A stretch of DNA of 64,000 bases from Candidatus Woesearchaeota archaeon (GTDB lineage: Archaea > Nanobdellota > Nanobdellia > Woesearchaeales > JBJKQO01): contig JBJKQO010000008.1 in assembly GCA_046705145.1 (NCBI GenBank), positions 16,686-80,685 of the forward strand, written 5' to 3'. This document shows, in pieces, positions 18,632-28,365 of this stretch; positions within the stretch are counted from its first letter, which is position 1; each line of letters opens with the position of its first letter. A program made the position numbers and the translations under genes. A model generated the notes under the pieces. It was not told where the DNA came from, did no database searches, and saw only the letters and a list, made by a program, of their open reading frames with translations.

Positions 18632-20716
18632 TCATACTATCTTCCCAACCAACTCCGCCTCTTCGATGATGAGTTCAGCGCAGTTCTCTGACTGTTCAGC
18701 TATCCTTGATTTCTTGATCATTATCCTCTTGGAAAACAATGGGGCGTCAAGGACAAGGCTTTCAAATTCGCCCCCTTCTCCTGCTACATGAAGCCCGTTT
18801 TTCTGGTTTAGCGCCACAAGCTTTTTTACATCTTCTTCGGTTATCTCTTTTCCAAGCCAGCTCTTGTCAAGTCCGTCTGCTGCGACTTTGGTGAATATGA
18901 ACCTGAATCCTTCTCCGATAAGGGTTCTCATCTCTGTCTTCTGGTCCATGTGCCAAAGAGGAGAAAATATCTTTAGCTGCAGCGAGTCTGCCACCTTTTC
19001 TATCCTTTCGCGCTGGTAGTTTGAGAAAAGCGCGCCTGAGATGATGCCCTCTGCCCCGTACTTTTCCTTTGCTTTTTTCAGCGCTTCTTTGAGGTCTTTA
19101 AGCTCGTCTTCCTTCATGCCTGTTGTCTCTTTTTCTATTATGGGTATGCCCATCGATTCTGCCTGCAGCCTTGCCATGCCTATCGCAGGAGTGTGGAACA
19201 TGTAGCTGTCAGGGTTTTTGCTCTTAAGGGTCACGATGCATGATATCTCGTAGTTTTGCCTGTGCATCACGTGAAGCGCGTATATGCTGTCTTTTCCTGA
19301 GCTTACAAGCGCTGCAAGCTTGACATTTGCCCTGGGATAAAATTTCCTGAGATAGGAGGATATCTTTTCATGCCCATCTTTTTTTGACAGCTTTTTGAGC
19401 GCCTTATGAAAATTAGACCCGTACTGGGCAGATTTCTTCTTTCTTTTGGCTATCTCGCTGTCAACCCCTATCCTTAGGGCCACTTCCCTGAGTATAACTT
19501 TTGATTCTTCGCCTTTTATCTTGTATCTTGCAGGTATCCGAAGTGCGTATCTTGCGAGGCTCTTGTCAAGGAAGGGAAGCCTCAGTTCTAGGTTGTTGTT
19601 CATGGTTATGACATCATCGCGGTAAGTGTCCCGCTCATACATCTTAAGCAGGCCTGATACGCATTCCTTGTTTATGTCAAGAGAGTTCTTGTGCCTTTCA
19701 TAACCTGCAAAAAGCTCTTCTGAGCCAAGCCCTGAGAATATGACCTTGCAGCCGTCTTTTCTTGCTTTTTTGCATGCAGCATAAAAAGGAAGCGCGACTC
19801 CTACCTTTACGACGTTTGAGTCCTCAATCAAAGGCACTATCTTCTTGAGCATTGCCTGTATGTCCTTCTCTTTTATCTTCACGACGCTTAGCTTCAGCCC
19901 GTGTTTTTCTGCGGCCTTCTTTGCGTACAGCAGATCTTCTGCAGGAGACATGTTTCCTGAGTCGTATGCTGCGACGTAGCATGTGAATTCAAGCCCAAGC
20001 TTTTTTAGGGTCAACGCGATGAATGTTGAGTCCACTCCTCCTGAAAAAAGCACTCCGAACTTATGTCCTGGAACCCTTTTTCTGACAGCTTCAGTTATTA
20101 GTGAGGAAAGGTTTTCGATCATCTTTTCTTTGCTTTCCTTCAGTTGTGGAGTAATCTCAAAAAAATCTCTTTTGGCAAGTTCTATGCTGTTGTTCTTGAT
20201 ATCATAGGACAGGACAGACCTCGGGTTAAGCTCTATGACATTTTGCATCCCGATCTTTTCAAGCGCCTTTTTCTCAGAGGCAAATGAGAACGTTTCTGAA
20301 TGAGAGTACCAAAGGGGCTTGATGCCTATGATATCCCTTGCAAGCACAAGCGTGTTATCATGGAGGTATGCGAATGCGTAAACTCCGTCAAGCTCGTCAA
20401 GGACAGCCCTTATGTTTTTGATGCCTTTTTTCTCTATGAGAAGAAGGATCATCTCAGCGTCATTTTTTGCGCCAAGGGAATACTTCTTGTTAAGTTCCTC
20501 CCAGTTGTATATCTCGCAGTTTGCTATAAGCACGCCTTTTCCAATTATCGGCTGCTTGACAAAGCCAACTATCGAATGAAGGCAGTGGCCAAGAGCAAGA
20601 CCTTCTTTTGAGTAGAATCCGTTATGGTCCTTTCCCCTGTTTTGGATCTCCTTCAGGCCTTTTTTGACAAGGCAAAGTGAGCTGTCCGTGCCAAATACAC
20701 CTATTATACCGCACAT
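18632..20716 (-). CDS. Asparagine synthetase B-like protein fused to diphthine-ammonia ligase (Dph6)
   Basis: MCGI Ntn N-terminus, SGGVDS, SGLGSEELFAGY; C-terminal SSGKDS, SYMFH, GEGGEFESLV. Confidence 0.88.
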   Translation of the reverse strand: MCGIIGVFGTDSSLCLVKKGLKEIQNRGKDHNGFYSKEGLALGHCLHSIVGFVKQPIIGKGVLIANCEIYNWEELNKKYSLGAKNDAEMILLLIEKKGIKNIRAVLDELDGVYAFAYLHDNTLVLARDIIGIKPLWYSHSETFSFASEKKALEKIGMQNVIELNPRSVLSYDIKNNSIELAKRDFFEITPQLKESKEKMIENLSSLITEAVRKRVPGHKFGVLFSGGVDSTFIALTLKKLGLEFTCYVAAYDSGNMSPAEDLLYAKKAAEKHGLKLSVVKIKEKDIQAMLKKIVPLIEDSNVVKVGVALPFYAACKKARKDGCKVIFSGLGSEELFAGYERHKNSLDINKECVSGLLKMYERDTYRDDVITMNNNLELRLPFLDKSLARYALRIPARYKIKGEESKVILREVALRIGVDSEIAKRKKKSAQYGSNFHKALKKLSKKDGHEKISSYLRKFYPRANVKLAALVSSGKDSIYALHVMHRQNYEISCIVTLKSKNPDSYMFHTPAIGMARLQAESMGIPIIEKETTGMKEDELKDLKEALKKAKEKYGAEGIISGALFSNYQRERIEKVADSLQLKIFSPLWHMDQKTEMRTLIGEGFRFIFTKVAADGLDKSWLGKEITEEDVKKLVALNQKNGLHVAGEGGEFESLVLDAPLFSKRIMIKKSRIAEQSENCAELIIEEAELVGKIV

Positions 20717-20813
20717 TTTGAAAGTAAAAGCAAGGCTATTTTATAAGCTTAATTGTGAGATGGGGAGTAGATCATACAAAAAATTTAATAATACCTCTTA
20801 TTATACCTCCTTT

Positions 20814-21287
20814 ATGAAAACCGCAATCTACCCAGGAAGCTTTGACCCGATGACAAATGGACATCTTGACATAATCAAAAGAGCTCTTAAGATATTTGAC
20901 AGCGTGATAGTCGCGATAGGTGAGAACGGGGCGAAAAGCAAGGCGTTTTCAGTGAAAGAAAGAGTTGAGATGGCAAAGATGAGCACGCAAGGGCTGCCTG
21001 TCAAGGTGGAAAGCTATGCAGGGCTTCTTGCAGATTACGTCAAAGAAAAAAAGATCAGCACTATCATAAGGGGGATAAGAGCGATATCTGATTTTGACCA
21101 CGAGTTTCAGCTTTCTGTAATAAATCGGGACATAAACCCTGAGATCGAGACTGTGTTCTTCATGACAGACAAGGAATACTTCTTTCTCAGCTCTTCAGCA
21201 GTGAAGGAGATAGCAGTCATGGGTGGAGATCCTTCACCTTATGTTCCGGAGCCTGTTGTTTCTTACCTGAAGAAGTTAGTCGATTAG
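20814..21287 (+). CDS. coaD: Phosphopantetheine adenylyltransferase, bacterial type
   Basis: AIYPGSFDPMTNGHLDII, RGIRAISDF, SSSAVKE. Confidence 0.92.
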   Translation: MKTAIYPGSFDPMTNGHLDIIKRALKIFDSVIVAIGENGAKSKAFSVKERVEMAKMSTQGLPVKVESYAGLLADYVKEKKISTIIRGIRAISDFDHEFQLSVINRDINPEIETVFFMTDKEYFFLSSSAVKEIAVMGGDPSPYVPEPVVSYLKKLVD

Positions 21288-21295
21288 AATTCATA

Positions 21296-21438
21296 GGGTT
21301 TGTCCGAAAAGTACGTCGGTGCCATGAATGCCGTGGATGTCTTTTGGACATTCATGGCATGGCCCGACGGAGCTGACAAGGCTTGTATACGTAAGTGTAC
21401 TGACATTGTCAGCGGAGTAGGACTTTTCGGACAAAGCC
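21296..21438. mobile_element. MITE-like element (143 bp)
   Basis: 17-bp TIRs GG(G/C)TTTGTCCGAAAAGT; flanking 9-mers gaattcata/ggattcata; internal hairpins. Confidence 0.75.
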
Positions 21439-21484
21439 GGATTCATAAAAAAATTTATATATCAGCTTTCTTAAAAGATGCAAT

Positions 21485-21826
21485 ATGGCAAAAAAAGAGG
21501 GCTCACAAAGCTGGATAAAGGAATTCTTCCTCAAAGTCGTGTCTACAAAGATAATAGACAACATCAAAGAAGAGGTCAGGACAGTGACCCATGACCTGCA
21601 GGCAAGGCTCTACCATATGCAGGAGGTCATGATGCAGAAGCTTTTTGCTACGCTTATCATGTTTCTCGGATTTGTTTTCGTGACTGTAGCTTTTGTCTTT
21701 TTCATGATTGAATACCTGGAGTGGAGCGCAACAATATCGTTCCTTGCTGTCGGGCTGATACTTGTGATGTTCTCGTTTGCGATGAAGTATTTCATAATAA
21801 AAAGGCAATTCAAGGAAAAAAGGTGA
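21485..21826 (+). CDS. Two-TM membrane protein, YqjE/holin-III-like
   Basis: Helical N-terminus plus two TM segments; adjacent to a YqjD-like gene. Confidence 0.6.
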   Translation: MAKKEGSQSWIKEFFLKVVSTKIIDNIKEEVRTVTHDLQARLYHMQEVMMQKLFATLIMFLGFVFVTVAFVFFMIEYLEWSATISFLAVGLILVMFSFAMKYFIIKRQFKEKR

Positions 21827-21832
21827 TGTTTT

Positions 21833-22087
21833 ATGGCAAAAAAGACAGTTAAGAAGAAAGCTGCTTCAAAGGCTGGGTCCGCTAAGTCGAAGGCAGGATC
21901 TGAGATGAAGAAGTTTGAGGCAAAGGCAAAAAAGGAGATTGCAAGCGCCAAGAAGAAGCTTGTTGCTGCTGAGAAGAAAGTTGAGGCTTACGTCAGGAAA
22001 AACCCGAAAAAAGCAGCGCTTATCGCAGCAGGGGTTGCAGCAGCGATAGGGATAGCAGTCGCCAGGCACATGAAGAAGAAAAAATAA
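21833..22087 (+). CDS. ElaB/YqjD/DUF883-like tail-anchored protein
   Basis: YVRKNPKKAALIAAGVAAAIG C-terminal motif. Confidence 0.7.
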   Translation: MAKKTVKKKAASKAGSAKSKAGSEMKKFEAKAKKEIASAKKKLVAAEKKVEAYVRKNPKKAALIAAGVAAAIGIAVARHMKKKK

Positions 22088-22142
22088 TTTTTTCTTTCTT
22101 TAATCCAAATATTTAAGTACAACTTAGTTCTATCTTTCAGTA

Positions 22143-22802
22143 ATGATCATATGCGGAACTGAGGAGGCTGGAAGGGGGCCTGTCATCGGCCCTATGGTGA
22201 TGGTAACTCTTGCGATAGACTCAAAAGACGAGCACAAGCTTGTTGATATAGGGGTGAAAGACTCAAAGCTTCTGACCCCTGAAAAGAGGGAGCAGCTGTT
22301 TGATAAGGTCAAGTCCCTTGCTAAAGAGTTGGCAGTTGAGATAATATTTCCTCATGTCATCGATGCTGCAGTCGCAAGCCCTCCGATGAACCTTAACTGG
22401 CTTGAGGCAGAGGTCTCTGCAAAGATGATAAACAGGCTGAAGGTCGATGTTGCATACCTTGACTGCCCGTCAAACAACATCAAGGCTTATTCTGATTATG
22501 TCAGGCAGAGGCTTGATGACAAGAAGATAAAGGTTATAGCTGAGCACAAGGCAGACCTGAACTATCCTGTCGTTTCCGCTGCTTCGATAATCGCCAAAGT
22601 TACAAGAGACAGGGAGATAGAGAAGCTCAAGCAGAAGCACAAGGTGGATTTCGGTTCAGGCTACCCTTCTGACCCAAGGACAGTAGAGTTCCTTAGGAAT
22701 AACTATGACAAGTACGATTTCTTCAGGAAAAGCTGGGCCTCCTACAAGAAGGTTGCAGGAGACAGAAAAGAAGGAAAGCAGAGAGGGCTAGGTGATTATT
22801 AG
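22143..22802 (+). CDS. rnhB: Ribonuclease HII
   Basis: EEAGRGPVIGP, VKDSK, VSAASIIAK, GSGYPSDP. Confidence 0.95.
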   Translation: MIICGTEEAGRGPVIGPMVMVTLAIDSKDEHKLVDIGVKDSKLLTPEKREQLFDKVKSLAKELAVEIIFPHVIDAAVASPPMNLNWLEAEVSAKMINRLKVDVAYLDCPSNNIKAYSDYVRQRLDDKKIKVIAEHKADLNYPVVSAASIIAKVTRDREIEKLKQKHKVDFGSGYPSDPRTVEFLRNNYDKYDFFRKSWASYKKVAGDRKEGKQRGLGDY

Positions 22803-23537
22803 CGGTTCTTCTCTTTTTCTCATATCAACTGCCATGAAATAAGGTACTTTTCCTAACTCCCCTTCATATTCTTTCATGGGCTGGCTCGAATGCCTAAATA
22901 ACGTCCTAAAGAGTGCTCTTGCATAGTGGTTTTCCCATTCTTTCATCGTAAAGGTGGGTCTTGTTATTGGGATCCGACCTCCAAGAATAGGGTATGAGAC
23001 ATCACATTTTTCATCTTCCCCTGCATCTGGATGCTGCAGCTTTTTTAGTTCTCTGTCAAATTCAGGGTGCTGAACAACAAAAATTATGTGCCCCCCAGGT
23101 TTCAAGATCCTGTAAGCTTCCGTAAACACTTCATCTAAACATAGCATATAGTAATGGAATGCATACCTGCTGATTATGGCATCAAAATAACAGTCTGGAA
23201 ACCCTGTATCCTCAAATGATGCTTGACGAATATTATTAGAAATCTCTTTAAATCCAAGTTTAATCATCAATTCTTTTGTAAGTCTTACCTGATTTGGTGA
23301 TTCATCAAAACCATGAATATCCCTATATCCCCGCGAATGCAGGCCCTCAAGTTCAGCTCCAAAACCGCATCCTGCATCACATATCCTTAACTTAAGTCTT
23401 TCTTCAAGCGGGAATTGGCTTGCAAAAACTTCAAGACGCGAAAAAAGGATATCTCTTGCAGGGTCTCCGCCGCTATGGAACTGTCTTTGTGCAGTAGCAT
23501 ATTGTTCTGCTATCCCATCATATTGGGTTTTTGACAT
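22788..23537 (-). CDS. Class I SAM-dependent methyltransferase
   Basis: DAGCGFG, FDAIIS, RILKPGG. Confidence 0.85.
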   Translation of the reverse strand: MSKTQYDGIAEQYATAQRQFHSGGDPARDILFSRLEVFASQFPLEERLKLRICDAGCGFGAELEGLHSRGYRDIHGFDESPNQVRLTKELMIKLGFKEISNNIRQASFEDTGFPDCYFDAIISRYAFHYYMLCLDEVFTEAYRILKPGGHIIFVVQHPEFDRELKKLQHPDAGEDEKCDVSYPILGGRIPITRPTFTMKEWENHYARALFRTLFRHSSQPMKEYEGELGKVPYFMAVDMRKREEPLIIT

Positions 23538-23541
23538 TTTT

Positions 23542-24339
23542 TCATCTAACCGGTTTCGTATCGCCGAAAATGATTGCATCAAGCACTAGTGAGCCTGCAT
23601 AATTCTTTCCCAAAGCAGTGATTCTAGGGCACCCCTCATAGGGTGGAGAAGACCCTAATTGCAAACAAAGATCATTTTTTGGAAGCATTTTGACTAGTGG
23701 TTCAAACCAGTCATCTCTTTCTCCCCTCTCATCCATAACTACTAACCCATAAGGCGTGCCAATACTTATCTTTCTAGGAGAGTCTGTCTTAATGGCATAT
23801 ACCATATGGTTTTTTAGCCTATCAAGTATCCTACGATCTTCAGGGGATAATACAGGGGTACGCAATATCATTTCAAGAATCCCTGCATTTTGTAAGAGGC
23901 GGCGTGACATAGATTCTGTATCAATTTCTATGCCTGTATCTGATACTCTTAAAGGGAGATGAGGTGTGGCAGCAACAAGAAATTCAGACCTGCCATATTC
24001 TTCTTTCGATCCTCTTAATTGCACATTTATTGGCTTGTGCTTGCTTTGTTGTTGACAATGAGTCTTACTATTAATTGAGAGGTATCCTCCTACTTTAACC
24101 TCTAGCCCCCACATCTCATAACCCGAAAATTCTGTTGCGCTGTTAAATGATGGGATAGTATGTGGGATATATTCTTCCACCCTGTTTTCAGGAGGAGTAA
24201 TCAGTCTGTGACAATCTTGTATTGATTGTGTTTCGCTTTCAGAAGGTGTAGCTATTTTTTGTCCTAAGATTATTCCTCCTGCACCTGTTGCTCCTGCCCT
24301 CAGTAATGATAAAAATTCTCTTCTTGTTATCATAATCAT
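23542..24339 (-). CDS. Hypothetical protein with twin-arginine signal
   Basis: N-terminal TRREFL followed by a Gly/Ala-rich hydrophobic stretch. Confidence 0.6.
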   Translation of the reverse strand: MIMITRREFLSLLRAGATGAGGIILGQKIATPSESETQSIQDCHRLITPPENRVEEYIPHTIPSFNSATEFSGYEMWGLEVKVGGYLSINSKTHCQQQSKHKPINVQLRGSKEEYGRSEFLVAATPHLPLRVSDTGIEIDTESMSRRLLQNAGILEMILRTPVLSPEDRRILDRLKNHMVYAIKTDSPRKISIGTPYGLVVMDERGERDDWFEPLVKMLPKNDLCLQLGSSPPYEGCPRITALGKNYAGSLVLDAIIFGDTKPVR

Positions 24340-24457
24340 TCGCCTCCAATATTTTTTTGTCTTAATAGAGTAGTAATACCGTAATATATCAATCTATATC
24401 ATCAAATAATGATGATAAATGAAAACATTAATATACCTGGACAATGCCCCTGACAGT

Positions 24458-25195
24458 ATGGACATCACAAGATCACTGCAGCAGGTCGGACTTGATGAGA
24501 AAGAATCAATGGTCTATGTTGCGCTTCTTAAGCTTGGCTCGACAACGACTGAACCGCTTATCAAAGATGTTAAGCTTCACAGGCAGATAGTATATGATAC
24601 CCTTGCAAGGCTTCAGGACAAAGGCCTTGTGACTTACCTGATGAAGGGCAAGAGGAAAGTCTTTCAGGCAGCACCCCCTGAAACGATAAAGAAGATAGTT
24701 GAGGAGAAGTCAAAGCTCTTTGATGATATCTTCCCCCAGCTAAAAGCTATGACTATGCTGGCTGAAACAGAAGATGCAGAGATATATACTGGGATACAGG
24801 GATTTAAGGCAGTGTTGTTTGACGTGATTGAAACTTTAGAAGATGGTGAAGTTATGTACGTAATTGGGGCTGAAGTTGATAAATTTTATGAGTTCACAAA
24901 GTATTATTACACTCACTGGAACAAGTCCCGCGAGAAAAAGAAGATACAAAGAAAGATGGTGACATACAAGACACAGGCAGCAGAGTTTCGAAAGACAGAA
25001 AAAGGGGAAAAGTACAGGCAGACCAGGTATATCGATGAGGAACTTCATACTCCATCAACAGTGTGGATCTATGGGAACAAGACCGCTATCGTCGTGTATG
25101 AGGACAGCCCGAAGATAGTGCTCATAAAAAGCAGGCCTGTATCACTTGCTTTCCTTAATTATTTCAATGTGCTTTGGAAGATAGCCAGGGAATAA
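24458..25195 (+). CDS. TrmB family transcriptional regulator
   Basis: GLDEKESMVYVALL, VYDTLARLQDKGLV, IYGNKTAI. Confidence 0.85.
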   Translation: MDITRSLQQVGLDEKESMVYVALLKLGSTTTEPLIKDVKLHRQIVYDTLARLQDKGLVTYLMKGKRKVFQAAPPETIKKIVEEKSKLFDDIFPQLKAMTMLAETEDAEIYTGIQGFKAVLFDVIETLEDGEVMYVIGAEVDKFYEFTKYYYTHWNKSREKKKIQRKMVTYKTQAAEFRKTEKGEKYRQTRYIDEELHTPSTVWIYGNKTAIVVYEDSPKIVLIKSRPVSLAFLNYFNVLWKIARE

Positions 25196-25220
25196 ATTTA
25201 TAAACAAGCCTGTTTCTATA

Positions 25221-25778
25221 ATGGTTATGGGGGCTGCAACTGCTATAATATTAGTGATTATTGCTGTCTTTCTTTTATTATTGATATACCTTTACAACAC
25301 TTTCATAATCTATAGCATCAGGGTCAGAAACTCTTCTGCGCAGATAGATGTGCTTCTCAAAAGGAGGCATGACCTGATCCCTGCTCTTGAGGATTATGTC
25401 AAAGAATATATGAAGCATGAGAGAAAGACCCTTGAAAACATTTCCAGAGAGAGGAAATCTTTGATATCCGGCTCGCTTGATGAGAGGGCAAGAGCGTCAG
25501 ACAAGATAGCAAAAGATATCCGGTCCATATTTGCAGTGTCTGAAAGCTATCCTAGGCTTAGGGCAAACGAGAACTTTAAGAAGCTTCAGAAAGAGCTTTC
25601 AGAGACAGAGTCAGGGATTGCAGTTTCAAGGCAGTTCTATAATGATATAGTCATGAGATACAACCGCAGGATACTTATATTTCCTAACAATATCTTTGCA
25701 AAGATATTCGGTTTTAGGGAGAAGGATTTTTTTATGGCAGATGGTGCTGAAAAGAAACCGGCAAAGGTGAAGGTGTAG
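25221..25778 (+). CDS. lemA: LemA family protein
   Basis: QIDVLLKRRHDLIP, ESYPRLRANENF, RQFYN, FPNNIFA. Confidence 0.9.
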   Translation: MVMGAATAIILVIIAVFLLLLIYLYNTFIIYSIRVRNSSAQIDVLLKRRHDLIPALEDYVKEYMKHERKTLENISRERKSLISGSLDERARASDKIAKDIRSIFAVSESYPRLRANENFKKLQKELSETESGIAVSRQFYNDIVMRYNRRILIFPNNIFAKIFGFREKDFFMADGAEKKPAKVKV

Positions 25779-27578
25779 ATGGCAAGGCAGATAACTATTT
25801 TCCTTAGTATTGCAATATTTATTCTTATCATTGCACCGCTTGCAAGCGCTAAGTCTTACACTATAGAAAAAGCGCAGATAAACCTTGTTGTGAATCCTGA
25901 CTCAAGCCTATATGTTGAGGAGATAATAACTTTTGATTATGAAGGCCAGTTCACTTTCGCTTACAGGGACATTGAGCTTGATGGAGAGATACTTGAAAAC
26001 ATAAACGCTTATGACGTCACAGACGGCAAAAATGTGCTTTTGAGATCAGAGGTTTCAGGCTCAGGAACAAGGCGCATCAAGTGGTATTATTCTGCGCAGG
26101 ATGAGAAGAAGCAGTTCATGATAAATTACACCCTGAAGAACGTCCTTGTCTCTTATGATGATGTGACAGACTTCAACTGGAAGATCTGGGGGCAGGGATG
26201 GGACCACAGGTTAGGTGAGATATACGGCACTTTCAGGCTTCCTGCAAAAGCGCAAAACAACAAGGACGTTTACACATGGGGCCATCCAGGCCTTGACGGC
26301 AAGATAGCGATACTTGACAATCAGACAGTGATATTCCAGGCTTTTGATATCCCTGCTTACCAGTGGGTGGAGCTAAGGGTAGTGTTTCCCTCAGATCTTA
26401 TCGGAGACATATCTTATCTTAGGAAAAAACAGGGAGATAGGCTCCCCTATATAATAGAAGAAGAGAACAGCTACCTTGAAAAGCAGGACAATAATATTAT
26501 CCCTTTTGTAGGAGGTTCTGATGGGAGGAAAAGCCTATCATCTGTGATATTTGTCATGATCTTCCTTCCGATATTATTGGTCGTCGGAGTGTTTCTTGCT
26601 CTTTACTGGTTCTATGGAAGAGAACCAAAAGTTGAGGGATATGATAACAGGTATGAAAGGCAGATCCCTTATGATTATTCTCCAGCGCTAGTCACTTCCC
26701 TGATCAGCCAGCACACAAAAAAGCCGGGAGCTAACGATTTTGTGGCAGTGATGCTAAATCTTTGCCTCAAAGGCCATATCAAGATAGAGGTTGTCAAGAA
26801 AAAGAAGGTGCTTGGCATATTTGGCAAGGACACAGACTACGAGCTTGTGTTTCAGAAGAAAGAGACAGCAGGCCTTGCAGAGCATGAGAAGATGGTCCTT
26901 CGCATCCTGAAGAAGTACTCAGGCACAAAGATCCTTTTCAGCGAGCTTACCAAGAAGATAAGGGTTGACACATACTCATTTCGCAAGCAGTTTGTAGGAT
27001 GGCAAAAGCAGGTGAAAAAGGAAGCAGTCGAACTTGGATTCTTCTCTAAGAACAACCTTTACCTGTGGTTTAACATAGGATGCCTTGTCCTTATCGCTCT
27101 CCCTTTTTTTGGGATGATCACTTTCGGATTCCTAACAGTGTTCACTTTTCCTGCAGGAGTTATAGGACTGCTTATCAACAACATCTTTTACCAGGCGCTT
27201 CCGAGAAGGACAAAAAAAGGAGCTCTCCATTACAAGAAGTGGGTGAACCTAAAGAGGTTCCTTAAGGATTTTAGCGCAGTAAAAGAACACCCTCCAGAAT
27301 CGGTCGTGTTATGGGAGAAGTACCTTGTTTATGCTGTTTCGCTTGGTGTTGCTGAAAAGGTACATAAGAGCATGAAGCTGATACTGCCTGACAGCAATGT
27401 CAAATCCGGAATATTTGTCGGAGCAGTGAACTATCATGCTATCAGCATGTCAAGTTTTGTCGGATCAGCTGGAAGCTTCAGCGCCGCTTTTGCAGGAGCG
27501 TCAGGGACATCAGGCTCAGGCGGATTTAGCGGTGGCGGCGGAGGGGGAGGAGGCGGAGGTGGCGGCGGAGCAGGTTAG
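25779..27578 (+). CDS. DUF2207 membrane protein
   Basis: WEKYLVYAVSLGVA, poly-Gly C-terminus; follows lemA. Confidence 0.88.
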   Translation: MARQITIFLSIAIFILIIAPLASAKSYTIEKAQINLVVNPDSSLYVEEIITFDYEGQFTFAYRDIELDGEILENINAYDVTDGKNVLLRSEVSGSGTRRIKWYYSAQDEKKQFMINYTLKNVLVSYDDVTDFNWKIWGQGWDHRLGEIYGTFRLPAKAQNNKDVYTWGHPGLDGKIAILDNQTVIFQAFDIPAYQWVELRVVFPSDLIGDISYLRKKQGDRLPYIIEEENSYLEKQDNNIIPFVGGSDGRKSLSSVIFVMIFLPILLVVGVFLALYWFYGREPKVEGYDNRYERQIPYDYSPALVTSLISQHTKKPGANDFVAVMLNLCLKGHIKIEVVKKKKVLGIFGKDTDYELVFQKKETAGLAEHEKMVLRILKKYSGTKILFSELTKKIRVDTYSFRKQFVGWQKQVKKEAVELGFFSKNNLYLWFNIGCLVLIALPFFGMITFGFLTVFTFPAGVIGLLINNIFYQALPRRTKKGALHYKKWVNLKRFLKDFSAVKEHPPESVVLWEKYLVYAVSLGVAEKVHKSMKLILPDSNVKSGIFVGAVNYHAISMSSFVGSAGSFSAAFAGASGTSGSGGFSGGGGGGGGGGGGGAG

Positions 27579-27643
27579 AAAGAGGACTAGGGGAGGTACT
27601 CCCACATAAAATCGACTAAATCAACAGTTTCTCACAAGCTTTT

Positions 27644-28240
27644 TCAATAGATCCAATGGATCAGCCTTTTGGTCCTTTTCATATAGTCCGTATATTTTTT
27701 TCCGAAGAGTTTTATCATTGTCTTCTCTTCCCGCCCGATTCTCCAGGCAATAACTATAGCAGCTATTGCAAGAATTACAAGAATAATCAACTTGCCGTAA
27801 TAAAGAAAAGCTCCTACAATCATCAAGATCATACCCGAATAGATTGGGTGGCGGAGAAACCTGTATGGACCGGTTATGATAAGTTCATGCTCTTTTTTGT
27901 AGGTGGTATAACTGCTCCAGTTTCTTCCAAGGGAGACTCTTGCCCAGATCGCTATGATCAAACCCAGGACACTAAGAACCGTCCCTGAAAGTTCATAGCT
28001 AAAGAAACTCTGGAAAAGAAATGTAAAAAACGAATTTGCGTCTGCCCTATCAAACTTAACGAATATTATGACAAGGACCATGAGCATTACTCTCCAGATT
28101 ACCTGAACCCTCCAATTATATTTTGTGGCTGATTGTTTTACAAAAAAAGCAGAGACCAGCCAGTAAAGGATGAAGATTACCCAGCAGATTATTATTATAT
28201 TAATGTTATTCCCAAAGTTTATCATGTGAGTTAATATCAT
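27644..28240 (-). CDS. Isoprenylcysteine carboxyl methyltransferase family protein
   Basis: LGRNWS, GPYRFLRHPIYSG, EE..M..FG..Y..Y. Confidence 0.88.
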   Translation of the reverse strand: MILTHMINFGNNINIIIICWVIFILYWLVSAFFVKQSATKYNWRVQVIWRVMLMVLVIIFVKFDRADANSFFTFLFQSFFSYELSGTVLSVLGLIIAIWARVSLGRNWSSYTTYKKEHELIITGPYRFLRHPIYSGMILMIVGAFLYYGKLIILVILAIAAIVIAWRIGREEKTMIKLFGKKYTDYMKRTKRLIHWIY

Positions 28241-28365
28241 TATGGGCTATATATAACTTTCTGGCAATATCTCTCGGTATTATTAACTGGCTTGGCCTCT
28301 TGGATAACTCTTGAGATATAAGCCATATGGGGTTTAAAGGAAAAAAAGAAAAAATATAGGCATTC

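Noticed and set aside
21300-21518. 72-aa ORF
   Set aside because: Lies within the MITE; probably spurious.
27520-27575. GGC/GGA repeat tract
   Set aside because: Normal poly-Gly tail of DUF2207 proteins.
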